Below are positions 42,341-49,355 of a stretch of DNA of 56,208 nt, piece after piece. Every line of letters begins with the position of its first letter. The stretch's first letter is position 1. This DNA comes from a virus, in IMG/VR virus record IMGVR_UViG_3300045988_011651, positions 1 through 56,208 of that record. One strand, given 5' to 3'. The notes under the pieces were generated by a model that saw nothing but the letters and a program-made list of their open reading frames with translations, was not told where the DNA came from and did no database searches. A program made the position numbers and the translations under genes.

Positions 42341-42721
42341 ATGATTATATGGGAGGCAACAAGTGTGAATGGACTCGTGGAATATGAGCAGGAAGCGGAA
42401 AGTTTCAAGGAGCTTTTCGATGCGCTGGACGGAAGAGGAATAATTAGCGATCCAGATTTCCCCCTTTATGATACGGCACTCTTGGAAAAATACGGGAAAT
42501 CATTTGATGATGCCGGTTTTAAAGACGAGAGTGGCGAACTTGATTACGAAAAAGTAGATGATTTTCTGGATGGAAAGAAATTATCTGACAGGGAACTGTA
42601 TGAATTAATACTTTCCCGGAACGGAGAAGCGTATTATCAAAAATTTATGCGCGAAACCGAAAATCAGATTGTTGAAATTGAGGAATCTGATTTTGATGAA
42701 ACCGGCAAATACAAGTTTTAA
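42341..42721 (+). CDS. strongly acidic hypothetical protein
   Basis: In-frame ATG 42341 behind GGAAGGAGAA. About 34 Asp/Glu versus about 14 Lys/Arg in 126 aa by my count. Confidence 0.6.
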   Translation: MIIWEATSVNGLVEYEQEAESFKELFDALDGRGIISDPDFPLYDTALLEKYGKSFDDAGFKDESGELDYEKVDDFLDGKKLSDRELYELILSRNGEAYYQKFMRETENQIVEIEESDFDETGKYKF

Positions 42722-42725
42722 AAAT

Positions 42726-42746
42726 GCCGGTGGATTATCCACCGGC
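42726..42746. terminator. GC hairpin (GCCGGTGG-attat-CCACCGGC); the U-run is only on the minus-sense side
   Basis: Read directly. On the + strand it is preceded by AAAAAT and not followed by a T-run. Confidence 0.35.
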
Positions 42747-42887
42747 AACAGTCACGTAAATTTGAAGGTACTAAACCTAATCTTCCAAAACTTACGTGAT
42801 TTAGAATAACATGTAATAATTCAAAAGTCAAGAAAATATTTTAACAACATTTATATTAACCAGACAAGAAAGAGAGGAAAACATAAA

Positions 42888-43199
42888 ATGAAGAACTACA
42901 AAGAGTACGAGAAAAGGTTTATAGGGGCAAGCGATATTGCGGCATTAATACTTGTTGGATGCGACGAAAACGGGTTGAAAACAAGCACTCTTGATTTTGG
43001 CGAAGACGGAAGTTATATGGCATACGTCGTTGACGAGGACGCGGAGATAGGCGCGCATTATAAAAAAGTTGCTGATTTTAAGCACTGGCTCAAAATTTAT
43101 GATGACGACGAATTGACATACCGGATTAATGCACAGGAGATAAATATATATCGCGCCGGAGATTTTGGCTGTATCATACAGACGATCGGCAAACATTAA
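42888..43199 (+). CDS. hypothetical protein
   Basis: 103 aa behind AGAGAGGAAAA. Confidence 0.6.
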   Translation: MKNYKEYEKRFIGASDIAALILVGCDENGLKTSTLDFGEDGSYMAYVVDEDAEIGAHYKKVADFKHWLKIYDDDELTYRINAQEINIYRAGDFGCIIQTIGKH

Positions 43200-43207
43200 A
43201 AGAAATC

Positions 43208-43242
43208 GAGTGGGAAAGATTAAAATCTAACCCACTCTTTTT
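43208..43242 (+). terminator. rho-independent terminator
   Basis: GAGTGGG-N16-CCCACTC followed by TTTTT. Confidence 0.6.
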
Positions 43243-43572
43243 CTGTCACTGAGAATATAATTGTTTCAATCCCTGTCCGCCGGAATTGCTGTTGGAACCA
43301 CAACGGCATGCATCCATGCCGTGCAACATATTCATAGTCTATCATCAGATCGGACAAAATGCAAGTAGATATTTTCAAACAAGGGCAGCTTTTCCGGCTG
43401 TCTTTTTCTTTTTACCATATCCAAAATCAACAACGCTTCCGGGCATATCTTACAAAATCTCCGAAAAACTGTAAACAAACTATAAAACTTTTCTTAAATT
43501 TTTATAAACAAGGCTAGGTTCATTAGGCCTTTGACAAGTTCCAAAATGATAGAATAGTATCAGTTTTTGCAA

Positions 43573-43622
43573 AAAATCGTCTGACATAACACGACACAAT
43601 CGTCTGACGTCGCTTTTTCAGA
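43573..43622. repeat. ori-box repeats in non-coding DNA (AAATCGTCTGAC ... AATCGTCTGACGTCGCTtTTTCAGA)
   Basis: Two boxes 25 nt apart. The second matches 28242..28266 at 24/25 positions. Followed by a pyrimidine/AT-rich tract and a GC island (CCGCATACGCGCGCGGCG). Confidence 0.5.
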
Positions 43623-43836
43623 ACTATGTTTCTCTTTCTCTATCTTTTTCTTAATCTTTTAAATTAATAATAATATACTGTATCTAAAGTCTATAGGTTT
43701 ATATTTAAGTTATATCCGCATACGCGCGCGGCGTAAGTATATAATATCACCGTAAAAAAATAAGGCTTGACTTTAAACCCGGAAATAGTGTATACCAAAA
43801 GCAGAGAGAAATAAAACGGATTGGAGGTGTGAATAT

Positions 43837-44511
43837 ATGCAGGATGTAGAGAACGTAGATATTACAAGGCTTATAGTTGATCTGGGTACAGTACAGATAT
43901 ACACATCAACTGTACAAGATTTAATAGACAATGCTTGTATAGAATTTCACATTGACGATCTGCTGAAAGCTGGGCAGAGACAGTGGAAAGCTGTAATGCA
44001 GTATGTTGGTATGCATTTATTTCCGGATACATCGGTATTAAAAGACAAGACTTTGAAACCTCTTGGTAATGCAACTATACCGACTAACTGTAACAGGTAT
44101 GACAGGGAAGTATTATATAAGCTATGTGATTATTATATATATATCTCCAATGTCTACAGTAAGCTGGTAAGTACAGTAGCATTCAGTTATTTTTGTAATA
44201 TACCTACTACAACATTTGACCTATGGAAAGACGAGGAATCAAGTTCGTTGGCTTTTAAGATTTGGCAAAAATTGCAGCGATCACGCAAGGATTGCATCCT
44301 TGATCGTGCGTACGACTCCAACAGCCCAGTGGGTACTATGTTCGTGGGAAATAACGAGTTCGGCATGAATCAGCCCGGCATTGGCGATAATGCCACCCAA
44401 AGAAGGGCAATCACAGCGCAGGAGCTGCCGAGGCTGGACGAGAAAAAGAGCCAAGAATTGCACGCAATTGACACACAATTCACGGATGCAGTGGCAAATA
44501 ATACGGTTTGA
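43837..44511 (+). CDS. terminase small subunit-like protein (putative)
   Basis: RBS GGAGGTG. The central LCDYYIYISNVYSKLVSTVAFSYFCNIPTTTFDLWK (HTH-like) and the distal SPVGTMFVGNNEFGM resemble TerS family patterns. It is 4.8 kb from TerL. Confidence 0.4.
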   Translation: MQDVENVDITRLIVDLGTVQIYTSTVQDLIDNACIEFHIDDLLKAGQRQWKAVMQYVGMHLFPDTSVLKDKTLKPLGNATIPTNCNRYDREVLYKLCDYYIYISNVYSKLVSTVAFSYFCNIPTTTFDLWKDEESSSLAFKIWQKLQRSRKDCILDRAYDSNSPVGTMFVGNNEFGMNQPGIGDNATQRRAITAQELPRLDEKKSQELHAIDTQFTDAVANNTV

Positions 44512-44806
44512 ATTGTGCACGATTATTCTACAATTCACAAATGCAGTAATATCAAGGGTTGTAGCGTTTCAACTGTTCGTGAACTATTCGGAAAAGTTAG
44601 GTTTTGCGAATAGTTGCAAGGGTAAGACATGAATTGTATTAAAACAATTTGATTTTCACACAATGACAACAGAACGAAACGGAAAATATTTTATATTTCC
44701 ATGTTTGCAGAAAAAGGATGGGGAGGGGGTCTGACAGAAAGGCCACCGAGCGGCTACTAAGTCCCTTAAATTCCTACAAAAAATAAAAAGCCACTTACAA
44801 CACCCA

Positions 44807-44834
44807 TTGACTTTCACCGTAAATAGGCTATAAT
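44807..44834 (+). promoter_or_regulatory. promoter TTGACT-16-TATAAT
   Basis: Read directly. A leader hairpin GTTGCG-aat-CGCAAC follows, then mazG. Confidence 0.55.
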
Positions 44835-44930
44835 AAATTTATAACAATTCACTTTCACGTTGCGAATCGCAACTAAATTTCCAAAAAATTTTTAAAAACA
44901 AAAAGAGTGTTTCGGACAGGAGAATGATAT

Positions 44931-45341
44931 ATGACCGGAAATGAGTATCAGTCATTAGCCATGCGGACAAATGATCGCAAGGCGACAGAAAGAATTTCGG
45001 ATAAACTTGATTTGCTTAAATTTTGCAAAAAGAACAATATCGCATCTGCGTTGCAAGATTATGACCTTGGCGGCATCTTCAATTCTTGTTTGGGGTTATC
45101 CGGCGAGGTTGGAGAGTTCAACGACATGATTAAAAAGTGGATTTTCCATGAGAAACAGCTTGATATTGACCACGCAAAGAAAGAAGCTGGCGATATTTGT
45201 TGGTATCTGGCAATGCTTTGTGAATCCTTCGGCTGGAGCCTTGATGAGATCATGCAGATGAATGTAGACAAACTTAAGGCACGTTATCCGGAAGGGTTTG
45301 ACATTGAAAGAGCAAACCACAGAGCGGAAGGTGATGTTTAA
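44931..45341 (+). CDS. mazG: MazG-like nucleoside triphosphate pyrophosphohydrolase
   Basis: YQSLAMRT...GLSGEVGEFNDMIKK...EAGDICWYLAMLCESFGWSLDEIMQMNVDKLKARYPEGF. Confidence 0.8.
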   Translation: MTGNEYQSLAMRTNDRKATERISDKLDLLKFCKKNNIASALQDYDLGGIFNSCLGLSGEVGEFNDMIKKWIFHEKQLDIDHAKKEAGDICWYLAMLCESFGWSLDEIMQMNVDKLKARYPEGFDIERANHRAEGDV

Positions 45342-45700
45342 TGGCAAGCTGCAGCAATGAGTTGATGAAAACTGAGTATTCCGAAACCTTTGATGAAAAA
45401 CGCAAAGGATTGATTGAACAGTCGTATTACAAATACGGACCGGCAAGAATGAATTTTGCAAACGAGAATGTGGATGCAATCGAAAGTTTGAAAATGTGCC
45501 TTGCCAAGTTTGAAGAGACCGGGAATCTTGAATACCTGTGTGACGTTGCGAATTATGCTATGTTCCGGTTCATGTTTCCACAACAGGGCGAATACTTCAA
45601 ACATACGAATTCTGATGAATCTGCTGGGCTTTTTGGCATGAGCGTAAATGAAATGGAACGATTCAAACAGGAACACGGCTTTGAGGATGAGGGATATTGA
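45341..45700 (+). CDS. hypothetical protein
   Basis: 119 aa. TAATG overlap with mazG. Confidence 0.6.
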   Translation: MASCSNELMKTEYSETFDEKRKGLIEQSYYKYGPARMNFANENVDAIESLKMCLAKFEETGNLEYLCDVANYAMFRFMFPQQGEYFKHTNSDESAGLFGMSVNEMERFKQEHGFEDEGY

Positions 45701-45701
45701 T

Positions 45702-45854
45702 ATGATTTTAAAGATAATCGCAACAGCGACAGATGTACTCGTAATACTTGGACTTATGGGAGGACAGGTAAAACAAAAAGACAATTCAAACGTAAGAGGG
45801 TATTTGCTTTCATACGCGATATTTGCAATGAATGTTATGACCATTTGGAAATGA
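45702..45854 (+). CDS. 50-aa membrane peptide
   Basis: In-frame ATG 45702 behind GAGGGA. Its stop codon abuts the first tRNA. Confidence 0.45.
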   Translation: MILKIIATATDVLVILGLMGGQVKQKDNSNVRGYLLSYAIFAMNVMTIWK

Positions 45855-45925
45855 TGGGCTATCTCCAAGCGGTAATGCACAGGATTTTGATTCCTGCATT
45901 CCGGGTTCGAATCCCGGTAGCCTAA
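45855..45925 (+). tRNA. tRNA-Gln (anticodon UUG)
   Basis: Acceptor TGGGCTA/TAGCCTA. Anticodon arm CAGGA-TTTTGAT-TCCTG. T arm CCGGG-TTCGAAT-CCCGG. Near-colinear with E. coli tRNA-Gln as I remember it. The D stem is weak. No encoded CCA. Confidence 0.7.
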
Positions 45926-46152
45926 TTGGTTACATGCTGACGTTTCATGTAGCCACGTATGTTTTTCATATGTACTTGAACCCTTGGTTGAGTGATTCAA
46001 GCATTTGGGTTCCTCCTTTCGCCACTAGGACGATTCTGTTAAGGACGGTGCGAGACCGTCCGGTGGTATTCTATCATGCGTCTATCCCACGGCGCATGAT
46101 CGTGTAACGCATAGCACGTAAAACATATTGCTAACCGTCTCGTGGCGGTTAT
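45926..46152 (+). ncRNA. 227-nt hairpin-dense spacer within the tRNA operon (candidate structured RNA)
   Basis: At least 6 local stems, for example GGTTACATG/CATGTAGCC, GGACGG/CCGTCC, ATCATGCG/CGCATGAT and AACCG/CGGTT. Exposed CCUCCUUUC. No ORF. Confidence 0.3.
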
Positions 46153-46223
46153 GATCGGTTAGTCGAGCGGTAAGACACCACCCTTTCACGGTGGTAACAC
46201 GAGTTCAAATCTCGTACCGATCA
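46153..46223 (+). tRNA. tRNA-Glu (anticodon UUC)
   Basis: Acceptor GATCGGT/ACCGATC. D stem GTC/GAC. Anticodon arm CCACC-CTTTCAC-GGTGG. T arm ACGAG-TTCAAAT-CTCGT. Confidence 0.8.
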
Positions 46224-46229
46224 TTGTAT

Positions 46230-46301
46230 TGGGATTTAATTCAGTGGTAGAAGACACGGCTTATATCCGGGTTGTCGCGGGTTCGATTCCTGCAATCCCA
46301 A
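46230..46301 (+). tRNA. tRNA-Ile (anticodon UAU), tentative
   Basis: Acceptor TGGGATT/AATCCCA. Anticodon arm CACGG-CTTATAT-CCGGG (one A:G mismatch). T arm GCGGG-TTCGATT-CCTGC. Confidence 0.6.
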
Positions 46302-46444
46302 CGCGTTGTAAAATATTGTTTATGTGACAAGGCTGACGAGTTTTGGTGTAATGAATGATGTTTTTCTTGTGATGGAAGCGTTGTCGACTTAAAAAGCGTG
46401 GAAATAGGACGATGAAAGTTCGTTTACGATATATAGAAAATTTT

Positions 46445-46528
46445 GCAGTGTTCCCATAATGGAATTGGAACCGGTTGCTATCCGGTCGGGCGTTTTTCGC
46501 CTTGTAGGTTCGAATCCTACACACTGCG
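46445..46528 (+). tRNA. tRNA-Ser (anticodon GCU), class II
   Basis: Acceptor GCAGTGT/ACACTGC. Anticodon arm ACCGG-TTGCTAT-CCGGT. Long variable arm GGGCG-ttttt-CGCCT. T arm GTAGG-TTCGAAT-CCTAC. Confidence 0.8.
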
Positions 46529-46547
46529 CTTGCCCTAAATAGGGCGT

Positions 46548-46674
46548 TGATGTGTGGCGGAATGGGTAAACGCTATGAAATGTCTATTGCAAAATGCAAT
46601 ACAGAGAAAGTATTTCTCAGGGACATTATGAGAAAGTAAATCTTTTCTGCGAGGTTCAAATCCTCGCCACATCA
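46548..46674 (+). ncRNA. tRNA-like element 1 (acceptor, D arm and T arm, but about 75 nt where the anticodon and variable arms should be)
   Basis: TGATGTG...CACATCA closing stem. D-arm-like GCG-GAATGGGTAAA-CGC. T arm (G)CGAGG-TTCAAAT-CCTCG(C). The interior holds mutually exclusive stems GAGAAAG/TTTCTC(A)/TGAGAAAG/CTTTTCT. No 7-nt anticodon loop found. Confidence 0.35.
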
Positions 46675-46741
46675 ATTCCTTATCTCCACTTAGTCGGGTG
46701 CTACTGCAATAGTTCCGGTCGATGGGAGACTTATGGATGGT

Positions 46742-46845
46742 AGCGGTATAATTGGTAACAGAAAACCCCTCCGTGATTAGAAATTGCAGATTTGAAAGCG
46801 GTTGGCATGGTTTTGGCTGACAGGGTTCGATTCCCTGTACCGCTA
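46742..46845 (+). ncRNA. tRNA-like element 2 (acceptor and T arm with about 72 nt of interior)
   Basis: AGCGGTA...TACCGCT closing stem. T arm (A)CAGGG-TTCGATT-CCCTG(T). Interior long-range pairing CAGAAAACC/GGTTTTggCTG and an exposed CCCCUCC. No canonical anticodon arm found. Confidence 0.3.
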
Positions 46846-46891
46846 TTCGATGATGAAAACATTGTGGAATATTTATATCAAACAAAAGACA

Positions 46892-46918
46892 CGGAATCTC
46901 ACGAGGATTCCGATTTTT
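46892..46918 (+). terminator. rho-independent terminator closing the tRNA/RNA locus
   Basis: CGGAATC-tcacgag-GATTCCG followed by ATTTTT. Confidence 0.8.
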
Positions 46919-46937
46919 GCTATGATTGAGGTGTGAT

Positions 46938-47123
46938 ATGTGTGATTTTTGCAAAAACATAGCAATGGATAATGACGAATATTATGAAAAAAGATACGCT
47001 GGTGGAGATTTTATTTTCAAAGACGAAAATGGATTTGGCGTGTTAATCGACACAGGAGACAGCGGTTGTCTTGGATATATAAAAATCAATTATTGCCCTA
47101 TGTGCGGTAGAAAGTTGGTATAA
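46938..47123 (+). CDS. Zn-ribbon mini-protein (paralog A)
   Basis: In-frame ATG 46938. MCDFC...INYCPMCGRKLV. Confidence 0.6.
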   Translation: MCDFCKNIAMDNDEYYEKRYAGGDFIFKDENGFGVLIDTGDSGCLGYIKINYCPMCGRKLV

Positions 47124-47124
47124 T

Positions 47125-47295
47125 ATGTGTGAATTTTGCGATGGTAAAAAGAAAATCATTGATTGTAAAGGAAATTTAGTCCTTTTTGGAGCTGAAAATA
47201 ACATGATTTTCGACAATAGCGATGGAAAAGAGGTTGCAGGAGCCGTAAAAATTAATTTTTGCCCTATGTGCGGTAGAAAGTTGGTGGAAGAATGA
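47125..47295 (+). CDS. Zn-ribbon mini-protein (paralog B, below the ORF-track cutoff)
   Basis: MCEFCDGKKK...INFCPMCGRKLVEE. It shares an exact ~27-nt block (ttgccctatgtgcggtagaaagttggt) with paralog A. Confidence 0.55.
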   Translation: MCEFCDGKKKIIDCKGNLVLFGAENNMIFDNSDGKEVAGAVKINFCPMCGRKLVEE

Positions 47296-47639
47296 AAGAA
47301 ACTATTTTATATATTTCCAAAACGGAAAAAGATATTATTAGTTTTTTAAAATATCTTCAATCAAAACTAGAAACAGAGCAAAAGGAATGTACCATGGATG
47401 AAGAACATAACGTTTTAAAAGTACCAAAATATTACGATATTGTCGGAAAGAGCATTCACGGAAACATGCTTGGTACAGGCTATGGATATTGCAAATATTA
47501 TTGTTTTTCGGAAGCGTATGATAGAAATAAATACAGCGATGCAGAAAATGAAAAACTTAAAGATATTCTTATGCACACAAGAGAGGGTGCGGAGAGAATA
47601 TCAGGACTTGATATTTTATGTATGCTAGGGTTAGTTTGA
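47292..47639 (+). CDS. hypothetical protein
   Basis: 115 aa. ATGA overlap with the upstream gene. Confidence 0.6.
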   Translation: MKETILYISKTEKDIISFLKYLQSKLETEQKECTMDEEHNVLKVPKYYDIVGKSIHGNMLGTGYGYCKYYCFSEAYDRNKYSDAENEKLKDILMHTREGAERISGLDILCMLGLV

Positions 47640-47650
47640 AAGTCGGTGGA

Positions 47651-47809
47651 ATGATGAAGCAGAAAAAAGAAATTTTATGCACATGTATTAATCATGAAAA
47701 TTGTCCATTAGACCCGGTTAGTTGCGGATGTTCAATAGAAACTACGACTTTTGAAGATGCTTGTATAGGTAAAAGAACATTCATTCCGGGAATCGAATGT
47801 GATAAGTGA
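47651..47809 (+). CDS. 52-aa Cys-rich protein
   Basis: In-frame ATG 47651 behind GGTGGA. Confidence 0.45.
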   Translation: MMKQKKEILCTCINHENCPLDPVSCGCSIETTTFEDACIGKRTFIPGIECDK

Positions 47810-47820
47810 GGGTGGTTCAT

Positions 47821-47988
47821 ATGAAACATCAAAAAGAATGGCGCACTTGTGATCGTTGTGGTGCGGAAATTAAAAAAGGAATACTTTGCGAAAATTCGGT
47901 TACAAGAAACGGCGTTTTTAATACCACATACGACTTGTGTTATAAATGTATGGAAGATTTTGAGGAGTTTATGAGAAATGATAGTTAA
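47821..47988 (+). CDS. Zn-ribbon mini-protein
   Basis: In-frame ATG 47821 behind GAGGGTGG. CDRC...CYKC. Confidence 0.5.
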   Translation: MKHQKEWRTCDRCGAEIKKGILCENSVTRNGVFNTTYDLCYKCMEDFEEFMRNDS

Positions 47989-48193
47989 TATGGGAACCAA
48001 AACCTATGAAATGAGCCGCAAGCAGGCAAAAGCTATTCTTGGAACGGCTAAGAAACTTGCAAATTGCAACATATACGGCATTGAAAAAGGTAATGTGGTG
48101 ATTATGCTGAATGAAAAGTATGAGGACGATATGAGCCTTAAAAAAGCCGTAGGGGAGTATAAAAAGAAAGGGTTCAAGGTGCATTGGAAATGA
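47978..48193 (+). CDS. hypothetical protein
   Basis: 71 aa. Confidence 0.5.
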   Translation: MIVNMGTKTYEMSRKQAKAILGTAKKLANCNIYGIEKGNVVIMLNEKYEDDMSLKKAVGEYKKKGFKVHWK

Positions 48194-48654
48194 AAACACT
48201 AGTTGATTTTATCAAAAATTTGAAATCTTTTTATCAGTTTTATAAAGATTATAAATATACCGGTTCTGAATGTGAGTTTATTATCGAGAATTATCAAGAA
48301 GTTTTATGTAGCCGAACAAAAACTATGAGCAAGCCGACATATTATGCAAATTCCGTTATCGGAGAGATGGATAGGTGGTATGAAGATTCTTGGAAATCTA
48401 TGTATAAATGCAAACCATTTGAGCCGGAAGAAGAAAAAATTATGATAAAATCCGATGGCAAAACCGCACAAGTGTTTATTGACGGCAAAAAAGTAAGCTG
48501 CACGGACATGGAGTTGCATTTTATCGCTCATGCAAAGCAAAGTCCAATGATTAAAGTTGATGCACGATGGCATAAAACGGATGAAAACGGAAATGCAATT
48601 CTGAATGAGGATAAGACTGCGATATTAACAGATGGTATAAAAATAAATTGTTGA
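48190..48654 (+). CDS. hypothetical protein
   Basis: ATG 48190 overlaps the upstream stop (ATGA). Confidence 0.6.
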   Translation: MKTLVDFIKNLKSFYQFYKDYKYTGSECEFIIENYQEVLCSRTKTMSKPTYYANSVIGEMDRWYEDSWKSMYKCKPFEPEEEKIMIKSDGKTAQVFIDGKKVSCTDMELHFIAHAKQSPMIKVDARWHKTDENGNAILNEDKTAILTDGIKINC

Positions 48655-48666
48655 GGGGGCGAGATT

Positions 48667-48870
48667 ATGAAAATATCAGAAATGAATAACTGCATTGAAG
48701 AAATGCGAAAATGCTACAATTTTAAAGATGATGAAACAGAAATAAGACTTGGTAGTCAGATAAGAACGTTTGCTTCGGAAGTTTGCATTGCAACAAAGGA
48801 TGAAAACGGAACAGTGATTGAAATGTCAAGAACAGCGGATAGATTAGAAAAATCCGACACTTGCTTGTGA
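48667..48870 (+). CDS. hypothetical protein
   Basis: 67 aa behind GAGGGGG. Confidence 0.55.
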   Translation: MKISEMNNCIEEMRKCYNFKDDETEIRLGSQIRTFASEVCIATKDENGTVIEMSRTADRLEKSDTCL

Positions 48871-48884
48871 CGAAAGGAGATTTT

Positions 48885-49169
48885 ATGAAGAAGAAAATTA
48901 TAGCAATTGCATTAGGATTGACATTGTGGTTAGGAATGACCGGATGTACTTGTGAAGGCAGTAAAAATTATGATAATAATTCAAAGCTCGTTTCGATAGA
49001 AGGTGAAAATGATTTATATTATTATGCAACTACACATATCGTTTATATAGTATTCAATGAATGTGCAGGAAATTGTGGTTATGGTTATATGTCACCATAT
49101 TATTCGGAGAACGGTAAGTTATGCACCTATGATACTAATACAAAACAGATAGTTGAAATTGGAGAATAG
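48885..49169 (+). CDS. lipoprotein (putative)
   Basis: In-frame ATG 48885 behind AAAGGAG. MKKKIIAIALGLTLWLGMTGC lipobox. Confidence 0.6.
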   Translation: MKKKIIAIALGLTLWLGMTGCTCEGSKNYDNNSKLVSIEGENDLYYYATTHIVYIVFNECAGNCGYGYMSPYYSENGKLCTYDTNTKQIVEIGE

Positions 49170-49266
49170 GACGAAGAAAGTAGTCTTTAAATAATTTCCG
49201 AAACACTAAGAGGTGCGTACAATATTGGTGTGCTAAGAATAGCTTTTACTACTGACTACGCATATT

Positions 49267-49316
49267 ACCGGCTACAGATTGATTGTAGTCGCTAACCTAG
49301 AAAAATTATAGGTAGA
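49267..49316 (+). promoter_or_regulatory. conserved leader element, copy B (hairpin + GCTAACCTA-N6-TTATAGG)
   Basis: ACCGGCTA, then hairpin GGCTACA/TGTAGTC, then GCTAACCTA-gaaaaa-TTATAGGTAG. It lies 40 nt upstream of the TerL start. The stem differs from copy A by compensatory changes. Confidence 0.5.
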
Positions 49317-49355
49317 GGTCAAGGCACTTCTACTTTTTGAGGAGGTGCTTTTTAT

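Noticed and set aside
43286-43474. A 62-aa + ORF in the 590-nt non-coding region, plus a minus-sense reading (MPGSVVDFGYGKKKKTAGKAALV...) interrupted by TGA codons.
   Set aside because: Neither has an RBS or a plausible composition. The interrupted frame is too short and weak to call a pseudogene or a recoded gene.
46548-46845. Suppressor or selenocysteine tRNA idea for the two tRNA-like elements. The motivation was the 13-bp acceptor+T stacking and the in-frame TGA at 24608.
   Set aside because: I found no 7-nt loop presenting UCA, CUA or UUA after a U33. All other genes are intact under the standard code. The elements remain unexplained rather than assigned.
45338-46960. Minus-strand ORFs of 220, 87 and 141 aa across the DUF-like gene, the membrane peptide and the tRNA locus.
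   Set aside because: They overlap + strand genes and four well-folding tRNAs. tRNA-derived GC-rich segments commonly create spurious antisense ORFs.
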